Below, in pieces: positions 46,801-58,923 of a stretch of 64,000 nt of DNA. The position numbers and the translations under genes were made by a program. Every line of letters starts with the position of its first letter. Within the stretch, counting starts at the first letter, position 1. The notes below the pieces were generated by a model, which was given only the letters and a program-made list of their open reading frames with translations, did not search any database and was not told the DNA's origin. Origin of the DNA: Gekko japonicus (Eukaryota); contig NW_015163630.1 of assembly GCF_001447785.1 (NCBI RefSeq), positions 37,272-101,271 on the forward strand. Direction: 5' to 3'.

Positions 46801-49800
46801 ATGATATCCATTTGTTTCATTGCATTTATGTATATGGAACAGAATTTTGTATGGATTGCTTGTTATTTCATTGGGGAATGAAAGCAACTTTCTTTGCTCC
46901 CCCTTCTACTCTCTGCCACCTATCTATCTTCCAGAGGGCACAAGCAATATGATTGCTTCTTCCCTCTGCAGTTACGCTGCCTATCACAGCGAGAGGGGCA
47001 ATACAGTTCCTGGTTCTGTACTACTTCTGCAGTTCCTGCATTTCTACAAACAATATATTTTCCCCTGGCAGGAACGTGCAGCACTGAGCAACTGAGACAG
47101 TGTACTGCTTGGTGGAGTATAGAAACACAGTGCACAGAAATGCCTGTGGAGACAATACGCTTTGGTTGGGAACACCTGCTAGCTCTTCTGAAGGTGCTCC
47201 AGCAGTTAGATTATCTGCTAAATCGTTCTGTCTTCTCACTATCCCCAATTTGTGCAACGGTTAAAAGCAAACGCCAAGGTGCCAGAATGATATCCATTTC
47301 CAATGGTCTCTGAAGATTACTAATTGTCATTAATTTTAGCAAAAGGTTAGCTACATGAAAGAACATTGTTTCAGATTTTTCCTGGTTAATATAGGAGTGC
47401 ACATGCCTAGCATAAAGAGGTATACTGATGGGGACCAGGGAGATGTCATTTAACTGTCACAAAGATAACAGTCCTAATAGACCCATTCTCCATAATCTGA
47501 GTAGGTCTTTTTCCAAGTTCTGTAATCTAGCTGCCATCACCACTCCTTGTAGTAATAAGGTTTCCTTCTCTGGCTTGGGAAATTCCTGAAGATTTGGGAG
47601 TGGAGCCTGGGGTAGGAGGGAGGGAACTCTTGGGGATAAGATTCCATAGTCTGCCCTCCAAAGCTACTATGATTCATAGTCTGCCCTCCAAAGTTCTAGG
47701 GGAGCTGGTCTCTGTTGCCTGGAGATCTGTTGCGTGTAATTCCAGGAGATCTCCAGTTACCACCTGAAGACTGGCAACACTATGAATTTGATACATCAAT
47801 TGGGCTTTGTGTGAAGAAGTACTAATACAACAGTGCTTTGTGAAACTGCCTGGGCTTGTTTTCCTTCATTGCTTCAGAAAAGATGGGAAGTGTGTTGGAG
47901 AAAGGAGCAATCCAGAGCACCACATACCAATGCTGTGTCATGAGTTGCAGTTTTTGGAAGGAAAAATTTGGAGCTCAATCTATACATCTTTCTTGTACTC
48001 TGCTAATGGGCTTCATGAGGTCCCTTGATTCCATCCAGCTGAGCCATGTTTCTAACGGCAGTCAGCTAAATGCTTGGTAAGTTCACAAGCAGACCATGTG
48101 AGCAACTGTGTCCCTTGGTTGTTTACTGATGACTTCAGAGGTATAAGACTTCTGAACATAAAGGCTTCATTTATTTATCCTTGCTGATAAGAAAAGTCTG
48201 CAAGAATGGAACAGGTAGGAGAAGTTTCACACAGGCAGAACCAAGGAAAGATGTAACATGAGTTACTTGGCACAGGAAGGCTTATAACCTCCTTTTTTCT
48301 TTTTCTTTTTTGAGGCACCAACCACCCTGGAGTCTACAGTATTTAAAACTTTATAAGTAATAACTTGCCCTTTGAATTGTTCTCCGAACAGTAGTGGCTC
48401 ATTGGTGCAGGGAATATTCCAGCCCACACCACTGAATGCCATCGAAGGAGGAGGGGAAAGTAGTACTCTTACCAGAGCCACATCACCAGATCTTGCCATC
48501 TTTTTTGTGCTCGGTCAGTATTCAGCCTTAGATAACTGCCAGGTTTGGCAAGAATTGTCTCAAAAGCACTAAACAAGATGTGTAGCACTAAACAAGATAT
48601 AGCACGTGTAGCACTTCCTTGCACGCACAGGCAGGTAGCAATGATACTGTATACGAGTTAAAGCCCCAACGAGCCCCTTTCTTTTATGCGTTAAGCATAA
48701 GTCAGGTCAGACGTTTCAGCAGTTGTTCTCAAGGAATCAATCCATCAAAATGAAGGATTAAGAAGCTAAGAGGAAAAGTTTGGATGGAACCTCAGCACAC
48801 AATGGGGTAATAAAAGACAATGGTGCTGATAGCCTGGGAATATGACACTCTGGCACAAGACAGGGCCCTTCTATTTTTGGCAACATAGACTATTCTGAAC
48901 ATGGCCGAGGGCATCCTGGAGCTCATTAATCTGCAAGGGAATGACAGAGACAGGATAAAAGGTCTGATAAGGCTTTCCTCCAGCCTTTTCCTTGCAGAAC
49001 ACTGGCCCCGCAGCCGCCACAGCTATCTCCACTCAATAAGGCTTTATTACATTTCCTCCCGGGACTTATAATTGCCGTCTCTGGATGGGCGATACTATCA
49101 TTTTCCTTTCCTTTCAAATTTCCATGGCCTTTTAAAGAAGAGATTACAAAACCCCTGTCTTTTTTGAACTCTATTGTTGTTGGCTTCCCTGCTCCCTGCC
49201 CCCAGCCAGTTGTGGAAGGGGGGGGGGAGTTATACTGAATGTCTATAAAGCATGTCCAAGTTGAAGGACAGAGGAAAATAATCTTAGAGGCCCAGATCTT
49301 CAAGGGTCACTGACAGGCACCCGGACAGGAGAGGAATGCACAAAGATGAAGCAGTTTCTGTATCAGATTGGCAGAAGGGTGGTTTCATGACTGGCCAAAT
49401 TTTGTTCAAGGCCAAATATAGCAGCTGGGAGTCTGTAGTGCACAGAGAGGGATAACAACTTGTTCTACTGGTGGTTCTCCTCAAACCCCCCCCCTCCAAG
49501 TTTCAACAAGATTGGACCAGGGGGCCAATTCTATGAGCCCCAAAAGAAGGCTCCCCCATCATCCATTATTTCCAGTGAAGGGAAATCATTTAAAAGGAAC
49601 GTGGTGCCTTTAAATGTGATGGCAGCTGACCTGGAACTTGCTTCAGAGTTCTCTCTCCCAGAGCCTCCTGGTAAGTCCCCCACCTGCTTGTTGGCCTCAC
49701 CTGGCAACCCTACAGGGAGGGCACCACTGTGGACAGGATGCTTGAGCCCCAGACAGGATGGATGTGAGTAGAGGTTGCGTGAGCCTGCTCTTTTTCTTCT

Positions 49801-49931
49801 TTTCTCCCCTCTGTCAGGGGAGCAGGGCAGCCAGCCCTGGGCAGCTGTCCCTAGTGCCCATTGGCTAAGACCACCTCTCTCCCAGTCTGATGAGACAGGC
49901 TGACCCATCAAGCTTTACAGTGCCCGACAGC

Positions 49932-50179
49932 CAGGGCCGGCTCGAGATGTTTCCGCGCCCTAGGCAAGGCTGACTTGTGGCGCAGATGCCAACCTCCCGG
50001 TGGGGGCTGGAGACCTCTGGAGCCAGCCACCCTTTTGCTGCCACCACCACCGCCTCTTCCCCCCCCGCCACCACTGCCACCAAAGGGGGGGGAGGAGGGG
50101 GAGGCACAGCTTGGCGCCCCATCCAGGATCCGGCACTCTAGGCGAATGCCTAGTTCGCCTAGTGGGTGAGCCGGCCCTG
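49932..50179 (-). mobile_element. hAT MITE family B, short copy
   Basis: Perfect TIRs CAGGGCCGGCTC; perfect TSD CCGACAGC. Confidence 0.9.
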
Positions 50180-50455
50180 CCGACAGCAGGTCCTAAAACT
50201 CAAAACAGAAAAGAGTTAATGTGTGTGTTCATTCGCTCTGATGTCTCTGTTTTCATCAAAAGGTGCACTCCCAAGTTTGAGCAGAAATGTCTCCATTGGG
50301 CAATCAAGCCAGCCCAATTCATGCAGCACAGAAGTCTTGCCTCATCATCAGACCACCTGTCCCCTCATTCTTGGTGGCCAGATGCTGACAAGTCCCTCTT
50401 CCTATCACATTACTTTACAAAGAGTTCCTGTCTTTATAAGCATCTCCGGTAGCAG

Positions 50456-52389
50456 TAGGGTTGTCAACCTCCTGGTGTAAATTGCTGTTACAATTGATCT
50501 CCAGACTATGCAGATAAGTTCCCTTGGAGAAAATGGCTCATTTGGAAGGTGGGCTGTATGGCATGATACCCTGCTGAGGTCTCTCCCCTTCTCAAGCCCC
50601 ACCCTCCCTAGGCGCCAGCTCTGTCCCCATTCTCCAGGTATTTCCCGACCCAGAGTTGTCAGGTAGCAAGCCTATCTGTAGCCTCTGCAGGATCTCCCTT
50701 ACAATTTCCCAGCTCTCCTCCTCTACCCAAAATCTTCCCTAATTTGTGAGATATCTGCTCAGTTACAGGTACTGTAGATGTGTTCCTTTACTGCTGGCTC
50801 TTTGCTAGGGTTACCAGGTCCCTCCTGGGGGTGGGGGGTGGGGACTTACCAGGAGAAGGATGGAGGCCTAGCTGACGTGCAGCTATGTGCCTACATCACT
50901 GTCCACATGACATCATCATGTCAGGGCCATTGGGGCAACACTCTGGTATCTGGGCAAAAGCTCTATGGTAAATTTGGTTTCTACCATAGAGTTTTTACCC
51001 AAATACCAGAGTGCCACCCTGACATGATGATGTCACTTCCAGGTCACATGGGCAGTTATGTAGGCACACTGCTGCACGTCAACTGGCTCTTCCTCTTTTT
51101 CAGGGTAAGTTCCTCCCACCAGCCAGCTGATCAGCAGCAGGGCAGTGGGGCCTGGTAGTGGGGGAACCTGCCTCCACCGTGGGGTCTGGCAACCCTACTC
51201 CTTGCCTTGCACAGACATCCTGCTGGTCTGGGAGGCCCCTTTTATCTTTTTCAGGAAGAGGTTACCTGGGTTTACGCAAACAAATATGCCATTACCATCT
51301 GTAACTAGAGCTTTAGAAGATCCTGTAAGGCCTTCCTTTCCAGTCAGTTCTTTTCATTTGATTCCTGCTGCCTTTCTGACAATTTTATGATAGTTTACTT
51401 TATGTGTTATTTTATTCTGTCACATGATAATTTTATGATTTATCTGTAAGCAACTTTGAATTTAGAGAGATAGAAAGGGTAGACTTTTAAAAATAAATTG
51501 TTTCCCATCAATTACGTGGAACCCTTCCTGGCCTTTTAATTTTTTTTACGGGCATGGTCGAGGATATTCTAATAAAACATGAAAGCTTAAAATGGTGAAA
51601 GCAAGATCTGTAAAAAGTTTTCTAGGTGGGTGTTCCACAGGCAACATATAGCTTATAGAGAATTCTGACATTTAAAATCTTCTTCCTATTAATTATGAAG
51701 TACATTGGGAGAGTAGGGCTAAGAGCTGTACCTTAATTAGGGTTGCCAGCTCTAGGTTCAGAAATACCTGGAGATTTTGGGGGTGAAGCCTGAGGACGGT
51801 GAGGTTTGGGGCATAATGCCATAGACTCCAACTTCCAAAGCACCCATTGCTTCAGGGGAACTGATCTCTTCTGCTCTGTCTCCAGGAGATCAGTTGTAAT
51901 AGTGGGAGATCTCCAGCCACCACTTGGAGACTGGCAAACATTAAGAATGCTATCAAAAATGGGTAGGAAAAGGGGGGCTTAATTTGAGGTCTGTCTAATA
52001 GACTGCATGGGGGAAATTGTTCCTGATATGTTTCCCCATCCCCATTCCCAGCATTTACAGAGCTCTCTATGCCTATAAGAGAGGCCTCTAAGCCTTCAGC
52101 ATGTACTGGGTACTAGGTGTGCTTTCTGCGACCTCAATATATCCAGGGTTACTTTACCAACATCCCGGTGGGCCCTGGAGTGCTCCTGAAATGACAACTG
52201 ATCTCTAGCCTACCAAGATCAGTTCCCCTAGAGAAAATGGCAACTTTTGAGGACAGACCGCGACAGAGTATACCATAGAGTTTAGGGAAAATGGACGTCC
52301 TACAGTAACATCATATCCACAGTGAGCTCCTTCTCCCCCCTCCACCACCAAATCTCCAGGAATTTCCCAAGCTGGAGCTGGCAACCCTA
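50456..52389. mobile_element. Cluster of four TAGGGTTGCC-family MITEs (about 50456-50660, 50806-51197, 51738-51940, 52146-52389)
   Basis: Repeated TAGGGTTG / GGCAACCCTA ends and shared ACAACTGATCTC..GGAGAAAATGG internal sequence; also at 15856 and 47567. Confidence 0.7.
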
Positions 52390-52539
52390 CGTATATCCAT
52401 TAAATATCATGTCAGTTTAATTAAAAAGGGTGAAATTATTTTAAAGCTAACTAAAGTGAAGAATCAGACGGTGGTACCTTCACAGGATGACTAGTTGTTA
52501 TAGTAAGCCAACAATTCCAACTAATATCTTCAAAAATTA

Positions 52540-53230
52540 ACATAGAATCATAGAATGTTAGAGTTGGAAGGGACCTTGCAGGTCATCTAGTCCAACCCCC
52601 TGCACTCTGCAGGAACATAGCCAAAAGATAGCCCTACAACATACCCAAAAGATGGTCATCCAGCCTCCGCTTGAAAACGTCCAGCAGAGGAGCATCCACC
52701 ACCTCCCGAGGCAGACTGTTCCACTGCTCAACCACTCTTACAGTTAGGAGGTTTTTCCTGATATTTAGCCGGTAACAACTCCCTTGTAATGTCCACCCAT
52801 TAGATCTAGTCCGGAACAAGAGAGAATAGATCTGCTCCGTCTCCTACATGACAGCCCTTCAAATACTTGAAGACTGCAATCATGTCCCCTCTAAGCCTTC
52901 TCTTTCCCAGACTAAACATACCCAACTCTTTCAGCCTTTCCTCGTAAGACTTGGATTCAAACCCTCTCACCATCCTGGTTGCCCTCTTCTGGACACGCTC
53001 GAGCTTGTCAACATCCTTCCTAAAATGTGGTGCCCAAAACTGGACACAGTACTCCAGGTGGGGCCTGACCATAGCAGAATAGAGCAGAACTACCACCTCC
53101 CTTGATCTGGACACAATGCTTCTGTTTATGCATCCTAAGATTGCATTAGCTTTCTTCACAGCCACATCACACTGCAGGCTCATGTTTAGCTTGTGATCAA
53201 CCAGAACACCCAGATCCCTTTCACATGTGC
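52540..53230 (-). mobile_element. CR1 LINE 3' fragment
   Basis: [10 protein letters not shown]...[15 protein letters not shown]...[12 protein letters not shown]...RRLRGDMI; 3' tail (ATTCTATG)n. Confidence 0.92.
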
Positions 53231-54297
53231 ATGCTAATATAGATTTATTTTTAGTATGGAAGAAGTGATCAGCAGAGTTATTATGGTAGATCTTAAGACC
53301 TAGAGCACAAAAAATATTGGCTCTTATAAAACACTCACTTTCCTAAAAGCACTCTCAGTTGCAAGTGTTTCCTTACTAAATTAATTACAGTTTTCTCCAT
53401 GAAATGCAATCAACTGCATCCTGCTAAAAAATGAACTATCTTGAGCCTCCATTCAAATCTAGTGTCTTTTGGAAATGGCAGAAGGTAATGTGCTTGGTGA
53501 TGAAGGGGTCAAATTACGCCAGTGAAAATGCTAACATTTATATTATAAGCAATGTTGCTGCAATATAAATAAGGCCAGAAGATGCATTATTTATACATTT
53601 AATATTGGACTTGCTTATAAGTTAAGTTTGCCTTCAGTTTTTCCCCCAAGAACCACATTTCCAGTAGTAGCAGGAAGATGCAAGAGGAAGAAATAATGTA
53701 CAAATTCTTCTGAAGTACTTGGGAGATGTTTTGATTAATGATATTAGCATGCTTCTAAAATTCCCATCTAAATATCTCCCCATATTTCTTAGCTGATCGT
53801 GTTTCTAATGATGAACTATTGCATTAAGAATCCTCCACTGCTCTGGAGTTTTTTCCTGCAAATTCTGTGCATGTGTCGTTTGCCACAGGTTTAATTTCCT
53901 TTACACCTGTTCCCCTTGTTTGTATCACCAATGTGCAGATGCCCATTGATAAAACTGCAGAAAGTAATCTCACTGTAGCTAGACATGAGTCCATTAACAC
54001 CTTAGAGGCCAACAAGATTTTCAGGGTATTGTCAAAGCCTTTGTCAAAGCATTGATTCTCAACAGTCATACCCTGGAAATCTTGTTGGTCTCTGAGTTGC
54101 TCCTGAACTTGTCTCAAGTCGTTCTACCGCAGATCAACATGGGTACCCTCTGAGACTATGCTCACTGTGACTGTTAATAATGATTGCAACGTTTTGTGTG
54201 TGTGTGTGCATGTGTGTGTGGTGTTTTGCCAGTGCACAAGAGTGCATGCTCACATCAGTAAATATACCAACAAAAGAAAGAAAGAAAGAACAAAGTC

Positions 54298-54436
54298 CAA
54301 GTCCAGTGTCACCTTTAAGACCAACAAAGGTTTATTCAAGGTATAAGCTTTCGTGTGCACGCACGCTTCTTCAGTACACATGAAAGCTTATACCTTAAAT
54401 AAAATTTTGTTGGTCTTAAAGGTGCCACTGGGCTCA
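54298..54436. mobile_element. Penelope-like inverted terminal remnant with a hammerhead-ribozyme-like core
   Basis: About 60-bp inverted arms; minus strand CTGAAGA-A-GCGTGCGTGCACAC-GAAA-GCT...TTGGTC. Confidence 0.65.
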
Positions 54437-55172
54437 AGCCTTGTTCTGCTGCTTCAGTCTGACACTACTGAATCTATGCACACACACAAAAAACCCCTCA
54501 CCCTCAACACAATCATCCTGCGCAATCACATCAACATCAGTTTTTCAATGTTTTATCAGTGTGCACAGAGCCATCTGGAGCACAGAGAAGAAATACTCAT
54601 GAGCAGTGTTCCCTCTAAGCTGAGTTAGTGTGAGCTAGCTCATAGTTTTTTAGCCTCCGGCTCACACATTTTTTTTTATAAAGTTTTATTTCCCTCTCCT
54701 AAAAAGGAGAGAATTTTGCTTTTACAATAGAAAATTAGGGAGGGGATATAGAGGGATAAAGAAAAGTGTTGAGTGATGTTAAGTATTAGTAAATTAAACT
54801 TTTTTAAAAAATTAAAGTTATAGTCTAAGCTTCTTCTGTGGTTAGGCAATCTTCTTTTCTTCTCTATTTTTCAAAACCAAATAGTTAATATGTTAGTAAT
54901 GTCCCTTTGGGGTTAGTATTACTTTTATAGCATAATCCAAAATAGTTAGTTTTGGGGGCCTTTCCCTTTTTTGTCCCTTAAGTTGTACTTTGTGCCAGTC
55001 GCTCCTTTGTCTTCCTCATCCTTCACCTCTCCCTCAGAACTGCTGTCCTCTCCGCTACCTCCCTACATCCACTTGGTGAGTTCTTTTTTTTTTTTAACAG
55101 TTTTATTTAAGTTTTTTTCACAAATATACAACCATTACATTGATATTTTAACATGTTATCTGTGTAAGTCTA

Positions 55173-56453
55173 TTACAGATCATTATGCTCTATCCATTTG
55201 TAAAAATCTGCCCATCTTTCTTTAAACACCTTATCATCTTTACCTGACAAAATGAGTGTTAATTTATCCATTTCTGCTACTTCCATTAATTTCTCTACTA
55301 TTTCCTTTCTTTTAGGTAGCTTTTCTTGCTTCCAGTATTTGGCAATCAAAATTCTAGCCGCTGTGAGCATATATGTTAATATATAATAATTATTCCCTTT
55401 ATATTCATTCGGGATAATATTTAACAAGTAAGTCTCCGGATTTAATTTTAGATTTAAATGCAGCATATCCTTTATCAAGTCATTCACACTTTTCCAAAAC
55501 TTATACATTTTTTCACAATTCCACCACATGTGGAGGAAAGTCCCTACGTTGTTTTTACATCTCCAGCAGTTTTTATTAGCAGTTTTATATGCTTTAGATA
55601 ACTTTTCAGGGGTCCAGTACCATCTATGGAATATCTTAAATATGTTTTCCTTAAATGCTACTGCCCGCATTAATTTCATTGATTTCCAAACTTTTGACCA
55701 ATCCTCGATTTGTATGGTTTTTCCCAAGTCCTTCATCCAAAGAATCATAACATTCTTTATATTTTCGCTAAAAAGATAGTCCTCAAGAAGGAACAAATAT
55801 GTTTTTTGGATAAGTTTGTCGTTTGTTGACAACCATATTTTGTCCAGATCTGTTTGGGTGTTTACAAATTCCCCATTTTTGTCTTTGTTATATCTATCTT
55901 GGACTTGCATCTTCTCCCACCATGTTAAATGGATATTTTTGTCTATTAATCTTTCTAGAGGTCTTAGTTTATTTTCTTCATCTAATAATACATCATATGA
56001 TATAGCTTTTTCTTTTGACATTAATTTTGTATTAATAAATGCCTCCAGGGGGGATACCCATCTTGGTGTTTTGTTGTAGAATCTATATTTCATCTCTTTC
56101 CACACCTTAATTAGTGCAGCTCTAATAATATGGTTATGAAAATTGGAGTGTACTTTATCTTTTTCATACCATAGGTACGCGTGCCACCCCATGTAGAGGT
56201 CGTGGCCTTCTAAATGGAGTGTTCTCCAATTTTTTAACTGGATCCAATCTTTAATCCACACCAATGCCGCAGCTTGGAAATATAGTTGCCAATTCGGAAG
56301 GCCCATTCCACCTCTCTCTTTTTTATCTTGTAGTATCTTTAATTTTATACGGGCTCTCTTTGGGTGCCAGATGAAGGACCTGACTATTTTATCCATATCC
56401 AGAAAGTACTGCTTTTTCTTCAAGATTGGGAGATTTTGTGCTAAAAATAAAAT
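55173..56453 (-). pseudogene. L1 ORF2 C-terminal part (disconnected)
   Basis: ILFLAQNLPILKKKQYF...GGMGLPN...CWRC(x8)HMWWNC zinc knuckle; out of frame with the N-terminal part. Confidence 0.9.
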
Positions 56454-56572
56454 CGACGCTGGTTCTTGGTGTAAGTCATTACAAGCGGTTTGGCCAATCC
56501 TATGCCAAACGTTGGATGCGGCAAAGGCCGCTTACAAACTGCAGGCTGACAGAGGTCGGGTGGTGGGTTGGG
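56454..56572 (+). other. Captured Ty3/Gypsy pol (post-integrase-core) fragment replacing part of L1 ORF2
   Basis: GC/CpG-rich island inside AT-rich ORF2. The plus strand reads DAGSWCKSLQAVWPILCQTLDAAKAAYKLQADRGRVVGWD, resembling the Gypsy integrase L..W...L..A...YK..AD..R helix. Confidence 0.65.
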
Positions 56573-58923
56573 ATACTGTTTCTGTTTGTTAGTGTTACAC
56601 CTAGATACTTTACTCTCTTTACTATTTGTAGGTTAGATAGCTTTTGTATTTCGTTTTCTACATTTTGGGGGCAGTTTTTGGTTAAAATCTTTGTCTTTTT
56701 ATAATTAATTTTGAGACCAGCCGCACCTCCATATTCCTCTATTTCCTTTAATAGGTTTCTAACGGTTGTTGTCGGGTTTTCTAATATGAAGACTAAGTCA
56801 TCTGCAAAAGCTTGTAGTTTATACTCTTCATCTTTGATTTTCAATCCTTTTATAGATGGATTTTTTCTAATATTGTCATTTAAGGATTCAAGTATGAAGA
56901 TGAATAGTAGTGGTGATAGCGGGCACCCTTGCCTAGTGCCTTTCTGGATCTCTATTTTTCTAGTTATCTCACCGTTTACTACAATGCTTGCTTGTTGTTT
57001 CTTATATATTGTTTTTATCATATTCAGAAAATCCTGTCCACATTCCCACGTCTTCAATTTTAATTTTAGAAAGTCCCATGACACGTTATCAAATGCTTTT
57101 TCAGCATCTAGAAAAATTAACGCCATTTGTTTCTCAGGGTGTTCTTCATAATATTCAATTATGTTAATGACTGTTCTTATGTTATTTTTCATCTGTCTTT
57201 TTGGTAGGAAGCCCGCTTGGTCTTGATGTATCTCTTGTTGTAACACTTTTTTAAATCTTGTAGCTACAATACTCGCAAAGATTTTATAGTCTGCATTAAG
57301 TAAAGAGATTGGTCTATAATTTTGTATCTCTTTTTCGTTTGAGTCCGGCTTGTGGATCAATGATATAGTGGCATCCTCCCATGATTCTGGCATAATTGCC
57401 TCCTTGGGTATCTTTTGGAGAACTTCTTTAAAAGGTATAAGAAGTTGGTCTTCAAACTTTTTATACACTTCTACCGGAATACCATCTGGGCCTGCTGCTT
57501 TGTTTATTTTTTGCTTTTTTATTGCCTCTGTTATTTCATATGGTGCTATTTGGTCATTTAATATTTTTTTTTGATCTTCATTGAATTTTTTTTTATTATG
57601 TTGCATCAAGTATTTACTTAAATCTTGTTGATTTTGTTTCTCTTGGTGATACAATTTCTCATAAAAAAGTGTCACTATATCCTTAATTTCATCCGTCCTG
57701 TATTTAAGCTCTTTCTTTTCATCTATTAGAGCAAGGATAGTTCTTTTTGCCCTTTCTTTTTTCAATTTATAAGCTAACCACCTTGTCGGCTTATTTGCAT
57801 TTTCAAAGAAATTTTGCTTTGTGTATTCTATTTTTCTAGCTATTTCTTGTGACAATAAGAGGTTCATTTTGTGATGGAGTAATTTCAGGTGTATTCTTGT
57901 TGTTTCTATTTGTGTTAATTTTTTCAATTTGTCTTCTTCTAATTTTATATTATTCTCAACCTTCCTAATTGTTTCCCTTCTCCGTTTCTTTCTCCATGCG
58001 TCTTGGTTTATGAACCAACCTCTTAAGAAGGCTTTGAATGCATCCCATATAACCTGTATTGGTGTTTCTCTAGAAGTATTGACTTTAAAGAATTCTTTTA
58101 TTTCTCTATTGGTATCAATTATGAACTTTTTATCTCTTAACAAGTTTTTATTTATATTCCATCTCCCGCTTTGCTTCTTTAACTGTAATGATATTTGTAT
58201 TGGACTATGATCTGCGTAAATGTTCGTCAAAATTTCTGCCTCATTAAGGTCTTTTATCATTGTCATGGAGATCCAAGCCATGTCGATTCTCGACCATGAT
58301 TTGTGTCTAGCGGAAAAATAGGTATAGTCCTTTTTATCTACGTTTCTCACTCTCCATGCGTCTATCAAGTTGTATTCTTCTGCTATATTTAGAAAAATCT
58401 TTGGTAACAACATTCCTGATTTGGCAGATTTGTTCTCTTTTGTTCGGTCCAATTTTGGATCAAGAACTGCATTATAGTCGCCTATAATACAGATGTAATC
58501 AGTTTCTTTCTTCTCCAAAATTTTTTTGATTTCTTGGTAAAAATTTTCTTGGGTTTGGTTTGGTGCATAGATGTTAATTATAAGTATTTCTTTCCCATTA
58601 CTCATAATTGTTATTGCTATTATCCTTCCATCTGTAGATTTGTATAACAATTTGGGATGTAAGTACTCTTTGGAGTATATTACCACTCCTCTTTTCTTAA
58701 CACTGTCTGATGCGGTAAATTCAATCCCCAATTTTTTACGTTTTAGAAATTTTTCATCTTGCTTTTTTATGTGTGTTTCCTGAAGGCAGATTAAATCTGC
58801 TTTTGTTTTTGCTAATTGATGGAAGGTTCTATTTCTTTTTTGTGGTCCGTTTAGTCCATTTATGTTTATTGATAAGATCTTGAGTTTCTTATTTGTCATT
58901 GTATTTGTTTTTTGTTCCAGCAT
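56573..58923 (-). pseudogene. L1 ORF2 N-terminal part: APE endonuclease plus RT, terminating early in the foreign insert
   Basis: ILSININGL, CLQET, GDYNAVLD, SRID, YRPISLLN, LDAEKAFD, GTRQGCPLSP, FADD and KYLG motifs. Confidence 0.95.

Noticed and set aside
46894-47313. 139-aa ORF following a pyrimidine tract
   Set aside because: No ATG start, no recognisable homology and no clear donor; kept only as part of a candidate conserved region
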